NCBI GenBank assembly: GCA_963814585.1
Contig: CAWFDF010000012.1
Coordinates: 256,001-320,000, forward strand
Source: an uncultured delta proteobacterium
Lineage (GTDB): Bacteria > Myxococcota > Myxococcia > Myxococcales > Anaeromyxobacteraceae
Direction: 5' to 3'
Length of the DNA: 64,000 nucleotides
Translations under genes and position numbers: made by a program
The notes under the pieces: model-generated
Databases searched by the model: none
Told to the model about the DNA's origin: nothing
What the model saw: only the letters and a program-made list of their open reading frames with translations
In this document: positions 29,937 to 43,041 of the stretch, piece after piece
Layout: each line of letters begins with the position of its first letter
Position numbering within the stretch: position 1 is the first letter of the stretch

Positions 29937-31350
29937 GGCGTCACCTCCCGGTGCGCGGCGTGGCCGGCGGCGTGGGCGTCGTGGTGGTCGAGCTCCCGGC
30001 GAAGCTCCTTGACCTCGGCGATGGGCACCACCGGCAGGAAGCGGAGGAAGAGCAGGAAGAGCACGCCGAAGGTGCAGATGGAGCCGAAGAGCAGGCCCCA
30101 GTCGACCCAGGTGGGCGTGTACATCGACCAGCTGGCGGGGAGGAAGTCGCGGTGGAGCGAGACGGCGATGATCATGAACCGCTCGGCCCACATGCCGATG
30201 TTGACGAGGATGGAGACGGCGAAGAGCACCACCAGGTTCCGGCGCATCGACGGGAACCAGAAGACCTGCGGCGCCAGCACGTTGCAGACGAGCTGCATGT
30301 ACCAGACGGGCGCGTAGGGGCCGGTCCAGCGGTTGAGGAAGGCGAAGGCCTCGTACTTGTTGCCCCCGTACCAGGCCATGAAGTGCTCCATGGCGTAGCC
30401 GTAGGAGACCATCATCCCGGTGGCCAGGATCACCTTGGCCATGTTGTCGAGGTGCTTCATGGTGACGACGTGCTCGATCCCGAGGACCTTGCGGGCCGGG
30501 ATCATCAGGGACACCACCATGGCGAAGCCGGAGAAGATGGCCCCGGCCACGAAGTAGGGCGGGAAGATGGTGGTGTGCCAGCCGGGCAGCTGGGAGATGG
30601 CGAAGTCGAAGCTGACCACGGTGTGGACCGAGACCACCAGCGGCGTGCCCAGGCCGGCCATGAGCAGGTAGCCGATCCGGTAGTGCTGCCAGGCCCGGGC
30701 CGAGCCGCGCCAGCCGAAGGCGAAGAGGCCGTAGAGGGTCCGCTTCAGCCTGGTGGGCGCGGTGTCGCGCAGCGTGGCCAGGTCGGGGATCAGCCCGAGG
30801 AACCAGAAGAGGAAGGACAGGGTGGCGTAGGTGGAGATGGCGAAGACGTCCCAGGGCAGCGCGCTCTTGAAGTTGGGCCAGAGCCCCAGGGTGGCCGGGT
30901 ACGGCATCAGCCACCAGAAGAACCAGGGCCGGCCGAGGTGGATGATGGGGTAGATGCCGGCCATGGCCACCGCGAAGAGCGTCATGGCCTCGGCGAAGCG
31001 GTTGATGGAGGTGCGCCACTTCTGCTGGAAGAGGAGCAGGATGGCGCTGATCAGGGTGCCGGCGTGGCCGATGCCGATCCACCAGACGAAGTTGGTGATG
31101 TCGAAGGCCCACGCCACCGGGATGTTGTTGCCCCAGGCGCCGATGCCGACCACCAGGGTGGTCCCGAGCGAGAGCAGCCAGAAGCCCATCCCCGCGGCCA
31201 GCGCGGTGAAGAGCAGCTTCCACCCCCGCGTGGTGGGGGCGTAGAGCGGCTCGACCAGCGCCTCGGTGAGGGCGCGGTCGTCGGGCCGGCCGACCAGGAC
31301 CGGGACGGGCTCGAGCGGGTCGAGGACGGCGGCGGTGGCGGGCTTCACGC

Positions 31351-31354
<4 letters not shown>
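29933..31354 (-). CDS. actC: Alternative complex III quinol-binding subunit ActC (NrfD/PsrC family)
   Basis: [52 protein letters not shown]. Confidence 0.95.
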
Positions 31355-34337
<2,983 letters not shown>

Positions 34338-34350
<13 letters not shown>

Positions 34351-34988
34351 GTCGTGCAACTCACTCTCGCGCGGACGTCGTACTGCTTCGCCAGCCTGGC
34401 CCCGACCTCGGCCTGGTTCGCAGGCGCCTGCCACTTCATGTTGGTGATCTGGTCGAGCGGGCGGAGCTTGGGCACCGGGTTGCGGTGGCACTCCAGGCAC
34501 CAGCCCATGCTGAGCGGGAGGGCCTGCTCGATGGAGGCCATCTGGTCGACGCGCCCGTGGCAGTCGGAGCAGCCGATCCCCTTGTTCACGTGGATGGCGT
34601 GGTTGAAGTAGACGAAGTCGGGGAGCTTGTGGACCCGGGTCCACGGGATGGCCTGGCCGGTGAACCAGCTGGCGCGCACCGTGTCGAGCAGCGGGCTCTT
34701 GTTCCAGATCTGCGAGTGGCAGGCGAGGCAGGTCTCGGTGGCCGGGATGCCGGCGCTGGGCGCCTTGTCGACCGTGGCGTGGCAGTACCGGCAGTCGATG
34801 AGATCGTCCTGCACGTGGTGCCGGTGGTCGAACATCACCGGCTGGACGATCTGCTCGTGCTGGCTCAGGCCGTAGGGCGTCCGCACGTACCAGAGGAGGC
34901 CGCCGATGGTCGCGATGGCGCCGCCAGCGAGCAGACCCAGGACGAGCTTGAGGAGGGCGTCGGATCTCGGGGAGAAGAGTGCGCTCAT
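34338..34988 (-). CDS. actA: Alternative complex III pentaheme cytochrome c ActA
   Basis: N-terminal TM; five CxxCH motifs (CRYCH, CLACH, CSDCH, CLECH, CTTCH); LPDFVYFNH. Confidence 0.95.
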
Positions 34989-35055
34989 GTGGCGTCGCCG
35001 GCCGCCGACAGTCCGCCGCGCCTGCGCGCGTCGAGGGCCCGCTTCGGGTCGTAAA

Positions 35056-35069
35056 TTGATCTCGGTCAA
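35056..35069. promoter_or_regulatory. FNR/CRP-family site TTGAT-ctcg-GTCAA upstream of act-cta operon
   Basis: 9/10 match to the FNR consensus, about 68 nt upstream of the actA start. Confidence 0.65.
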
Positions 35070-35129
35070 GGCCGAGCGAAAGGTCCCGAAAGGGTACAGG
35101 CTGAAGATATTCCCGGCGGGCTCCGCCTG

Positions 35130-35828
35130 CTACGCCTTCTGGGGGGGCTCCATGCACCAGCGGCCCCGCAGCGTGGGCCGCGCGAGCGCCCCGGAGAGGG
35201 CTGCCAGGAAGCGGTCCCGCGGCCAGTCCTCGGCGCCGAAGCGGGCCAGGTGCTCGGTCCGGACCTGGCAGTCGATGAGCCGCACGCCGCGCGCCGCAAG
35301 CCACTCGACGCTCTCCACGAAGGCGAGCTTCGACGCGTCGGGCCGCACCGAGAACATGGACTCCCCGAAGAAGGCCGCGCCCAGCGAGACGCCGTACAGG
35401 CCCCCGACCAGCGCCTCCCCCTCCCAGGCCTCGAAGGAGTGGGCGAGGCCCCGGGCGTGGAGCTGGCGGTAAGCCCGGATCATCGCCGGCGTGATCCAGG
35501 TCCCTTCCTGGTCCGGCCGATCGATGGCGGCGCAGGCGCGGATGACGCGGTCGAAGGCGGTGTCGGCGGTGAGCCGGTACGGGGCGCGCCGGCGGGCCCG
35601 GGCCAGCGACCGGGGGACGTGGAGGCGGGCCGGATCGAGCACCAGCCTCGGGTCGGGCGACCACCAGAGGATCGGGGAGTCGGGGCCGTACCAGGGGAAG
35701 ATGCCGGCGGCGTAGGCGGCGAGCAGCCGCTCGGGGGAGAGGTCCCCGCCCACCGCCAGCAGCCCGTCCGGCTCGGCCTGGCGCGGGTCCGGGAAGGCGA
35801 CCTCGCGCGGAAGCCGGAAGAGCGTCAC
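35130..35828 (-). CDS. aat: Leucyl/phenylalanyl-tRNA--protein transferase
   Basis: GLLAVGGDL, GIFPW, WWSPDPR, GGLYGV, FFGESMFS, LIDCQ. Confidence 0.96.
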   Translation of the reverse strand: MTLFRLPREVAFPDPRQAEPDGLLAVGGDLSPERLLAAYAAGIFPWYGPDSPILWWSPDPRLVLDPARLHVPRSLARARRRAPYRLTADTAFDRVIRACAAIDRPDQEGTWITPAMIRAYRQLHARGLAHSFEAWEGEALVGGLYGVSLGAAFFGESMFSVRPDASKLAFVESVEWLAARGVRLIDCQVRTEHLARFGAEDWPRDRFLAALSGALARPTLRGRWCMEPPQKA

Positions 35829-35865
35829 CGCCGCAGTCTATTCGACCGCGGCGGGTCGGAGGGGA

Positions 35866-36045
35866 CTACCCGCGAGGCGTGCAGGGGACGGGGGCGCCGG
35901 ACCGCTGCGCCAGCGACTGGTGGCCGGCCTCCCGGGACTGGACCGCGGTGACCGACTCGGGCGCCGGCGAGGGCGGCGAGGCGATGCTGGCGATGAAGGC
36001 GAACTCAAAGGCGGCGACGGCGGCGGCGAGGATGATGGTCTTCAT
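35866..36045 (-). CDS. Small (59 aa) secreted or membrane-anchored hypothetical protein
   Basis: AGGAGG RBS; MKTIILAAAVAAFEFAFIASIA hydrophobic N-terminus. Confidence 0.6.
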   Translation of the reverse strand: MKTIILAAAVAAFEFAFIASIASPPSPAPESVTAVQSREAGHQSLAQRSGAPVPCTPRG

Positions 36046-36133
36046 GGCGACCTCCTGATGCCCTTCCCTACGAGCACCCGTCGCCGCTATTTCGGTCCCC
36101 GCCTGACACCCCGTCAGGGTGCCGGCGGTCACC

Positions 36134-36694
36134 TCAACCGCCCTGCCCCAGGTCCTCCCGGAGCGCGGACCGCTGGCCTTCGGTCAAGGCCGTCTCGGCG
36201 GTGAGGGCGGGGTGATCGGCCCCCATCGCCACCGGGACCGCGCCGTGCACGTCGAACCTCAGGTACTGCACGGAGGAGAGCCGGTCATCTCCCACCTGCC
36301 GCGGGTCGTAGCGCGGGCGCACCCGGGTCCCGTCCTCGAGCCGCGCGTACAGGCACGGCATCAGGCCCAGCCACTCGCGGAGCTTCCGGTCGCGCTCCGC
36401 CGGCTCGGCGATCTCGATGAGCAGCACCGCCCCCAGCTCCCCGGGACCGCCCAGCACCTCGTTGTAGGTCTCGAGCTCGTGGCGGATCTCCGGCTCGCCG
36501 GTCATCCGCTCGGCCCGGACCATCTCCTGCACCTGGTAGCGGATGGTGGCGGTGTTCTCGAAGAGGAAGGTGAGCGCGCCGCCGACGGTGACGCGCCGTC
36601 GCGCCTTGGCCTCCATGATGGCCGCCCGGATCTCGTTTCGCGACCGCTCGTAGGCGTCGAGCGGCATGATCTCGTCGCGCCGGACCGGCCTCAT
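36134..36694 (-). CDS. DUF3501 family protein
   Basis: FLFEN-TIRYQVQEMVRAE, ELETYN, SSVQYLRF; ATGA overlap with the upstream gene. Confidence 0.88.
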   Translation of the reverse strand: MRPVRRDEIMPLDAYERSRNEIRAAIMEAKARRRVTVGGALTFLFENTATIRYQVQEMVRAERMTGEPEIRHELETYNEVLGGPGELGAVLLIEIAEPAERDRKLREWLGLMPCLYARLEDGTRVRPRYDPRQVGDDRLSSVQYLRFDVHGAVPVAMGADHPALTAETALTEGQRSALREDLGQGG

Positions 36695-38049
36695 GAGCGG
36701 CCTCCCCCACCCGGCTCGAACCCCTCGCCCCGGTAGGCCCGCGCCAGCACCGTGACCGGGTGGAGCGGCTTCTTGCCGGCGTGCTGCTGGAACTGGATGG
36801 CCGCCAGCGGGCAGTCGGTGGCCCAGGTCTCGGCCTGGGCCGCGGCCATGCCGTCGAAGGCCTTCTTGCCGATGCGCGCCGACGGCCCGAACCCCTCCAC
36901 CGTCATGGCGAAGGTGCCGTCGTGGCCGCAGCACTCCATCACGGTGCCGGTGACGGTGACGCCCGGGATCTTGCGCAGCAGGTCGCGTCCCTTGAAGCCG
37001 ACCCCCTGCGCGCGCAGGTGGCAGGGGGCGTGGTAGGCCACCCGCCCGCCCGGCGGCGTGCTCTTGAAGTCGGTGCTGAAGCGCGGCTGCTCGCGGATCG
37101 ACCAGAGGTACTCCGAGACGTCCATCACCGCCGGCGCCAGCCGCCCGGCGCGGGCCCGATCCTCGCCCTCGAGCAGGTGCGGCCACTCCCGCCGCATCAT
37201 CATCGAGCAGGTCGGGTTGATCACCAGCACCTTGGCCCCGCGCTCCACGTAGGGGAGGAGCCGGTCGAGGTCGTGGTGGGCCTGGGCCCGCAGCGAGCCG
37301 AGGTCGCCCTGCTCCCAGGCCGGCATGCCGCAGCAGCGCAGCCCGCGCACCACCCGCACGTCGACGCCGCACCTCTTCAGCACCTCGAGCGCGTCCTTGC
37401 CCAGCTGCGGCTCGTTGTGCTGGACGAAGCAGGTCTGGAAGAGCACCGCCTCCCCGCCGGGCTCGGGCTGGATCAGCCCTTGCCGCTCGGCCCACCGGTC
37501 GAACGGCTCGGCGGCGAAGTCGGGCAACAGCTTGTCGCGGTGGATCCCCGCCGTCTTCTCCAGCAGCACCCGGAACGGCCTCACCCGGTTCATGGCGTTG
37601 GCCATGCCGAAGCTGGCCCGCGCCATGGCGGCGGCGCCGTCGGGGTCGTTGAGCACGCGCATCCGCAGCGACTTCCCCTGGCCGCGCCGCTTCACCCCGC
37701 GCCAGCGGTGGACCAGCTTGGGGAAGTCGAGCTGGAACTCGTGCTTGTCACGCGGCGTGTACGGGCACTGGACCTCGCAGAGCTTGCACTGGAAGCAGGC
37801 GTCCATCACCGCCCGCTCCTCGTCGGCCGTGACCTTCCGGACGTCGCCATCGTGCCGCTCGTCGATGGCCTTGAAGAGCAGGGGGAAGCTGTCGCAGTAC
37901 TTGAAGCACATGCGGCAGCCGTGACAGATCTCGAAGGCGCGGTGGACCTCCCCGGCCAGGGCCTCGGGCTGCCAGTAGATCGGCTCGGAGGGATCGTAGG
38001 AGAGGCCTGCGGTGGGCTGGTAGGAGATGCTCTTCGATTGGTCGCTCAT
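36691..38049 (-). CDS. Rubrerythrin-associated Fe-S oxidoreductase (GlpC/HdrD-like, CCG domains)
   Basis: [39 protein letters not shown]. Confidence 0.92.
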   Translation of the reverse strand: MSDQSKSISYQPTAGLSYDPSEPIYWQPEALAGEVHRAFEICHGCRMCFKYCDSFPLLFKAIDERHDGDVRKVTADEERAVMDACFQCKLCEVQCPYTPRDKHEFQLDFPKLVHRWRGVKRRGQGKSLRMRVLNDPDGAAAMARASFGMANAMNRVRPFRVLLEKTAGIHRDKLLPDFAAEPFDRWAERQGLIQPEPGGEAVLFQTCFVQHNEPQLGKDALEVLKRCGVDVRVVRGLRCCGMPAWEQGDLGSLRAQAHHDLDRLLPYVERGAKVLVINPTCSMMMRREWPHLLEGEDRARAGRLAPAVMDVSEYLWSIREQPRFSTDFKSTPPGGRVAYHAPCHLRAQGVGFKGRDLLRKIPGVTVTGTVMECCGHDGTFAMTVEGFGPSARIGKKAFDGMAAAQAETWATDCPLAAIQFQQHAGKKPLHPVTVLARAYRGEGFEPGGGGRS

Positions 38050-38146
38050 GGGCGAAGTCTCCCGCAGGAGGCCGGCGATCGCCAGAGACGAGGAAGCCCG
38101 ACGCCCCGTTCGAGGTGCGCCGGGCTCCCGGATCGCGCAGTCGCTG

Positions 38147-38566
38147 TCAGCTGATGGTCTTGAGCATCTTGTCGAAGCGGCCGGCGTGCGACTTCTCCGC
38201 CTTGGCCAGCGTCTCGAACCAGTCGGCGATCTCCTTGAAGCCCTCGTCGCGCGCCGTCTTGGCCATGCCCGGGTACATGTCGGTGTACTCGTGGGTCTCA
38301 CCGGCGATGGAGGCCTTCAGGTTGGTGGAGGTGTCGCCGAGCGGGAGGCCCGTGGCCGGATCACCCACCTCCTTGATGAAGTCGAGGTGGCCGTGGGCGT
38401 GGCCGGTCTCGCCCTCGGCGGTCTCGCGGAAATTGGAGGCGACCTCCGGGTAGCCCTCCACGTCGGCGACCTTGGCGAAGTAGAGGTAGCGGCGGTTGGC
38501 CTGGGACTCGCCGGCGAAGGCGTCCTTGAGGTTCTGGTGGGTCTTGCTGCCCTTCAGGTTGGCCAT
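38147..38566 (-). CDS. Short rubrerythrin (no rubredoxin domain)
   Basis: [33 protein letters not shown]; no C-terminal CxxC pairs. Confidence 0.95.
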   Translation of the reverse strand: MANLKGSKTHQNLKDAFAGESQANRRYLYFAKVADVEGYPEVASNFRETAEGETGHAHGHLDFIKEVGDPATGLPLGDTSTNLKASIAGETHEYTDMYPGMAKTARDEGFKEIADWFETLAKAEKSHAGRFDKMLKTIS

Positions 38567-38607
38567 GGTTCTTCCCTTCCTTGGTTGATGGAGTCCTGTT
38601 GTCCCGG

Positions 38608-38622
38608 TGATATCTTGTCTCA
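38608..38622. promoter_or_regulatory. Possible Fur/PerR-type 7-1-7 box TGATATC-T-TGTCTCA
   Basis: AT-rich imperfect inverted repeat about 42 nt upstream of rubrerythrin. Confidence 0.35.
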
Positions 38623-38668
38623 ATATGCCGGCTGCACGTCCCGTTTGGGGCCCATCCGGCAGCGCCGC

Positions 38669-39655
38669 CTAGATGTTCTGGGACAGGATCAGGTGGACGT
38701 ACTGCGCCCGCTCGAACGCTCCCGGATCGCTGATCTGCTTCTGGGAGAGGGTCCCCCGGAACTCGTCGATGCTGGAGTGGCCGCGCCGCTCCATCCACTC
38801 CTCGATCCCCTGCCGGACCTTGCCGAGGTGCGCCACCCCGTTGCGCGACAGGGCGGAGGCGAGCTGCACCACGGTGGCCCCTGCCAGCAGCTGCTTGATC
38901 GCGCCGGCCGAGTCGTGGACCCCGGTCGAGGCGGCCAGGTCGAGCTGGACGCGGCCATGGAGCAGGCCGATCCAGCGCAGCGGGAGCAGCGCCTCGCTCG
39001 GCGTGGACAGGCTCATCACGCTGGCCGGGGCCATCCGCTCCAGCGAGATGTCGGGCTGGAGGAAGCGGTTGAAGAGCACCACGCCGGCGACGCCGGTCTG
39101 CTGGAGCTGGGCCACCACGTTGGCGAGCGAGGTGAAGTAGGGTGAGAGCTTCACCGCCACCGGGATCTTCACGGCCGCCTTGATGCCCGCCACCGCCTCG
39201 ACGTAGCGCCGCTCCACCTCGGCCCCGGGCAGCGACGGGTCGGCCTCCACCGCGTAGACGTTCACCTCCAGCGCATCGGCGCCGGCGTCCGCGATCTGCC
39301 GGGCGTAGCCGGTCCAGCTCCCCGGCGAGCAGCAGTTGAGGCTGGCGATGACCGGGATGTGGAGCGCCTTCTTGGCCCGCTGCACCAGCGAGAGGTACTC
39401 GTGCGGCCCGACCCGCTGCGGCGGGAAGTAGGTGCGGGCCTCGGGGTTGGACTCGGAGAACTTCGCGGCCGCCTCCTCCAGCTCGGTGCTGGCCGCCTCG
39501 ATCTGCTCCTCGAAGAGCGAGCGGAGCACCACGGCGCCGGCCCCGTGCCCCTCGGCCGCCTCGAGGTTCTCGAGCCGGTTGGAGATCGCGGAGGAAGCGA
39601 GGACCAGCGGGCTCGGCAGCTGGAGCCCCAGGTACTCGGTGGTCAGGTCGGCCAT
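38669..39655 (-). CDS. Dihydroorotate dehydrogenase-like FMN protein
   Basis: [43 protein letters not shown]. Confidence 0.9.
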   Translation of the reverse strand: MADLTTEYLGLQLPSPLVLASSAISNRLENLEAAEGHGAGAVVLRSLFEEQIEAASTELEEAAAKFSESNPEARTYFPPQRVGPHEYLSLVQRAKKALHIPVIASLNCCSPGSWTGYARQIADAGADALEVNVYAVEADPSLPGAEVERRYVEAVAGIKAAVKIPVAVKLSPYFTSLANVVAQLQQTGVAGVVLFNRFLQPDISLERMAPASVMSLSTPSEALLPLRWIGLLHGRVQLDLAASTGVHDSAGAIKQLLAGATVVQLASALSRNGVAHLGKVRQGIEEWMERRGHSSIDEFRGTLSQKQISDPGAFERAQYVHLILSQNI

Positions 39656-39848
39656 GTGTTCCCCTCTCGAAGGTGGAAGCTGCGGTCAGCGAGGACAGGC
39701 TACAGGAAGGCGAAGCGCGCGGAGCGTCCTCGACGGGTATAGGGCCTCCGCTCGCGGTTCGCCACGCCCATCGACCCGCCGTCACCCTGCCGCGGCGAGA
39801 GGTGCGGCTCCCCGAACCAGGCCTCATGCCTGGGGCGGGGCACCAGCG

Positions 39849-40301
39849 TCAGGCCTCGGGCCGGACGGTCAGCACCGGGCAGGTGGAGCGGCGAACCACC
39901 CGCTCGGCCACCGATCCCATCAGCGCGTGCTGGATCCCGGTCCGGCCGTGGGTGCCGAGGACCACCAGGTCGGTGTGCTGCTCCTTGGCGAAGGCCAGGA
40001 TCTCGTGGGCCGGCTCGCCGACGGCGGTGGCGGTCTCGACGTGGGCGATGCCCATGCCCTCGGCGATCCCCTTCCACTCCAGCAGGTGGCGACTGGCCTG
40101 CTCCGAGAGCTCGTCGAGCATCTTGCTCGACGCGACGAACGAGCCATCGGGGAAGGTGTAGCCGGGCACCGGGTAGGCGTGGAAGAGCGCCACCTTGGCG
40201 CCGTAGCGCCTGGACAGCTCGGCGGCCACCTCCAGCGCCGCGCGCGAGGCGTCGGAGAAGTCGATGGGGCAGAGGATCCGCTTCCAGTCGGCGCTCGGCA
40301 T
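39849..40301 (-). CDS. Universal stress protein
   Basis: ILCPIDFS, DLVVLGTHGRTG, GSVAERVVR...PVLTV. Confidence 0.95.
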   Translation of the reverse strand: MPSADWKRILCPIDFSDASRAALEVAAELSRRYGAKVALFHAYPVPGYTFPDGSFVASSKMLDELSEQASRHLLEWKGIAEGMGIAHVETATAVGEPAHEILAFAKEQHTDLVVLGTHGRTGIQHALMGSVAERVVRRSTCPVLTVRPEA

Positions 40302-40487
40302 GCTTCCCTCCCGGGGACCTGGGGTTCGCTGGCGAGCCGATCCTACGCCGGTTGGGGGATTTTCGGCGCGCCCCTGACCGGGGCCGTCCGCCGGGGGAGA
40401 CCGGAACGCACGGGATCCCGTCACGCGGGGGTGGAAGATCCCCTCACCGTCTCGCCGGGCCACGCCACCGGCGAGGCGCTGGGCGGC

Positions 40488-41699
40488 TCACGGGTCGTCC
40501 CTCCGGTCGACCCGCCGACCGTCGGTCCCGGCCTGGCCCGGCGCCCGTCGCACGTCGGTCACGAAGGAGCCGACGGCGTCGATGGCCTGGTCGAGGAAGG
40601 CCTCGAAGCGCCCCAGCTCGTCGTCGGAGCGTGGCGGGACGTCCAGCGCCTTCCAGTCGCCCCTGGCCATGCGCTCCGGCAGCTCCTCGAGCGTCCTGGT
40701 CATTCGCGCCACCGGCTCGAAGACCAGCGTCTCCAGCATGAAGGCCACCAGCGCCGCCAGCGCCGCCGCCAGCAGCACCACCAGCACCACCACCTGGAGC
40801 CGCAGCTCGTCCACGCCGGCCAGGAGCGCCGTGATCTCGTGCCGCTCCACGACCGCGCCGATCACCCTGCCCTCGCCGTCGCGCAGCGGGAAGATCCCTC
40901 GCACCCAGGTGCGGTCACCGCGCGCCTCGCGCCCCAGCAGCGCCGGCTGGATCGGCACCTGGGCCATCCGGTCCAGCCCGCCCAGCAGCGACCCGTCGCC
41001 GCCGCTGCGGCCCACCTCGAGGAGCTCGGACCGCTCCTCCCAGCGCTCGGGGCGGACGCTGACCCGCTGCCAGCTGCCCCGGTCGAGCTGCCCCTTGTCG
41101 AGCAGCATGCCGTATTCGTCCCCGGTGAGCCGGGCCAGGCGGATCAGGAAGGAGTCGATGTCGGTCCCCAGCTCGACGTAGCCGAGCCGCCTTCCCTTCG
41201 ACACCCAGGGCCGGACCACCCGCACCGCGTAGCTGGTTCGCCCCAGCTCCACCCCACGGGCCTCCGCCCCGCTGGCCACCGCCCGCCGCAGGGAGGGCCG
41301 CCTCACCACGTCGCCGCGGAGCTCGGGCTGGTGGACCCGCAGCAGGACGCCGGCGCCCGGATCGACCGGGTGGAAGTACCAGTGGGTCACCCCATGGGCC
41401 TCGCGGAGCCGGCGGAGCAGTGGCCCGGCGTCGGCCAGCAGCGCCGCCCGGTCCTTCCTGGCGAAGGCCTCGTTCAGCGAGTCGTCCTGCTCGAGGACGT
41501 CGAGCAGGGCCGAGAGGCGATCCTCCTCGGCCGCCTCGATGCTGGCCAGCGCCGCGGCCGCCTGCTGCACCTCGTGGAGGGCGGCCTGGTCGACGCTGCG
41601 CTGGTGGACGAAGCGCAGCAGCACCGCGGTGGCCACGGCGATGAGCGCCAGGCCGGCCACCAGGGGGGCGATGAGCTTGGCGCGGATCGAGCGAATCAC
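40488..41699 (-). CDS. Membrane sensor: TM - Cache-like domain - TM - HAMP, no output domain
   Basis: LRVHQP-LRGD, GVELG, YAVRVVRP, GYVELG (dCache_3-like); second TM; P...RSDDELGRF HAMP; ends about 30 aa later. Confidence 0.8.
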   Translation of the reverse strand: MIRSIRAKLIAPLVAGLALIAVATAVLLRFVHQRSVDQAALHEVQQAAAALASIEAAEEDRLSALLDVLEQDDSLNEAFARKDRAALLADAGPLLRRLREAHGVTHWYFHPVDPGAGVLLRVHQPELRGDVVRRPSLRRAVASGAEARGVELGRTSYAVRVVRPWVSKGRRLGYVELGTDIDSFLIRLARLTGDEYGMLLDKGQLDRGSWQRVSVRPERWEERSELLEVGRSGGDGSLLGGLDRMAQVPIQPALLGREARGDRTWVRGIFPLRDGEGRVIGAVVERHEITALLAGVDELRLQVVVLVVLLAAALAALVAFMLETLVFEPVARMTRTLEELPERMARGDWKALDVPPRSDDELGRFEAFLDQAIDAVGSFVTDVRRAPGQAGTDGRRVDRRDDP

Positions 41700-41714
41700 G
41701 CCCGGGGCCCTCGG

Positions 41715-42233
41715 TCAGTATCGGAGCAGCGCGTGGACGTTGGCGGCGCCCAGCCGGGAGGAACCGCCCAGGAAGCCCAGCTCGACCACGAAGGCGTAGC
41801 CGACCAGCTCGGCCTGCTGCCGCTCCACGAGGCGTCCGGCCGCCTCGGCGGTGCCCCCGGTGGCCAGCACGTCGTCCACCACCAGGACCCGCTCCCCGGG
41901 CTGGAAGGCGTCGTCGTGGAGCTCCAGCACCGCCTCCCCATACTCGAGCGCGTAGGCCTCGCGGATGGTCTTCCACGGCAGCTTGCCCGGCTTGCGGACG
42001 ATGGTCAGCCCGGTCCCGAGCACGTAAGCCAGCGGCGCGGCGAAGACGAAGCCCCGCGACTCGATGCCGACGATCTTGTGGACCCGCTCGCCGCGCCAGC
42101 GCTGGGCCAGCGCGTCGATGACCTGCCGGAAGAGGCGCGGGTCGGAGAGGATGGGGGTGATGTCCTTGAAGACCACCCCGGGCCGGGGGAAGTCGGGGAC
42201 GTCGCGGATGGCGGCGCGAACGGCGTCGAGCAT
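41715..42233 (-). CDS. apt: Adenine phosphoribosyltransferase
   Basis: [40 protein letters not shown]. Confidence 0.97.
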   Translation of the reverse strand: MLDAVRAAIRDVPDFPRPGVVFKDITPILSDPRLFRQVIDALAQRWRGERVHKIVGIESRGFVFAAPLAYVLGTGLTIVRKPGKLPWKTIREAYALEYGEAVLELHDDAFQPGERVLVVDDVLATGGTAEAAGRLVERQQAELVGYAFVVELGFLGGSSRLGAANVHALLRY

Positions 42234-42255
42234 GACGTGATCCTTTAGCACGGGC

Positions 42256-43041
42256 TCACGGCAGGAAGAGCAGCGGGTTGCGCGGCCGGGTCCCTTCACG
42301 CACCTCGAAGTGGAGGTGGGGGCCGCTGCTGCGGCCGGTCTGGCCGACCCTGGCGATCGCCTGCCCGGCCTTGACGACGTCTCCGTCCTCCACCAGCAGC
42401 TTGCTGCAGTGGGCGTAGAGCGTCACCAGCCCGCCCTCGTGGCGCAGGATGACGATGGAGCCGTACCCTGCCTGCTCGCCAGCGTAGATGACCTTGCCCG
42501 GGGCCGCGGCGCCGATCACCGATCCCTCCGGCGCCGAGACGTCGATGCCGTCGTGGCGCCGGCCCGAGCGCACGCCGTAGCGGCCGTAGAGCACCCCCTT
42601 GAGCGGCCAGGCCAGCCTGGCCCTCCCCGCCGGGGCCACCCACTCCGGCTCGCCGCCCGGCGGCGGGCGGCCGCTGGAGGCACGCCCCTCGGCACCGGCC
42701 GCCTCCCCGGCCGGCGCCTCGAGGTCGATGACGCGGCTCGCCCCCGGCACGAACAGCTCCGAACCCACCGCCACCTGCCTCGGGTCGACGATGCCGTTCT
42801 CCTCCAGCAGGTCGGCGGGCGCCACGCCGTAGGCGCGAGCGATCCGGTAGACGGTCTCGCCCCTCTTCACCACGTGGACCACGCCCACCACCTCGGGCTC
42901 CTCGTGGTACTCGCTCGGACCGAACGGGATGGGGAGCGGGCGGGCGGGGCCGCCCTGGGCGGCGGCGGGACGAGCCCGCTGCTGCGACGCGCAGGCGGCC
43001 AGGAGCAGCGTGGCGGCGGCGAGCGCCGCCCGGCGGCTCAC
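42256..43041 (-). CDS. nlpD: LysM + M23 lipoprotein (NlpD-like)
   Basis: Lipobox LAAC, Lys[24 protein letters not shown]; follows surE. Confidence 0.88.
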   Translation of the reverse strand: MSRRAALAAATLLLAACASQQRARPAAAQGGPARPLPIPFGPSEYHEEPEVVGVVHVVKRGETVYRIARAYGVAPADLLEENGIVDPRQVAVGSELFVPGASRVIDLEAPAGEAAGAEGRASSGRPPPGGEPEWVAPAGRARLAWPLKGVLYGRYGVRSGRRHDGIDVSAPEGSVIGAAAPGKVIYAGEQAGYGSIVILRHEGGLVTLYAHCSKLLVEDGDVVKAGQAIARVGQTGRSSGPHLHFEVREGTRPRNPLLFLP

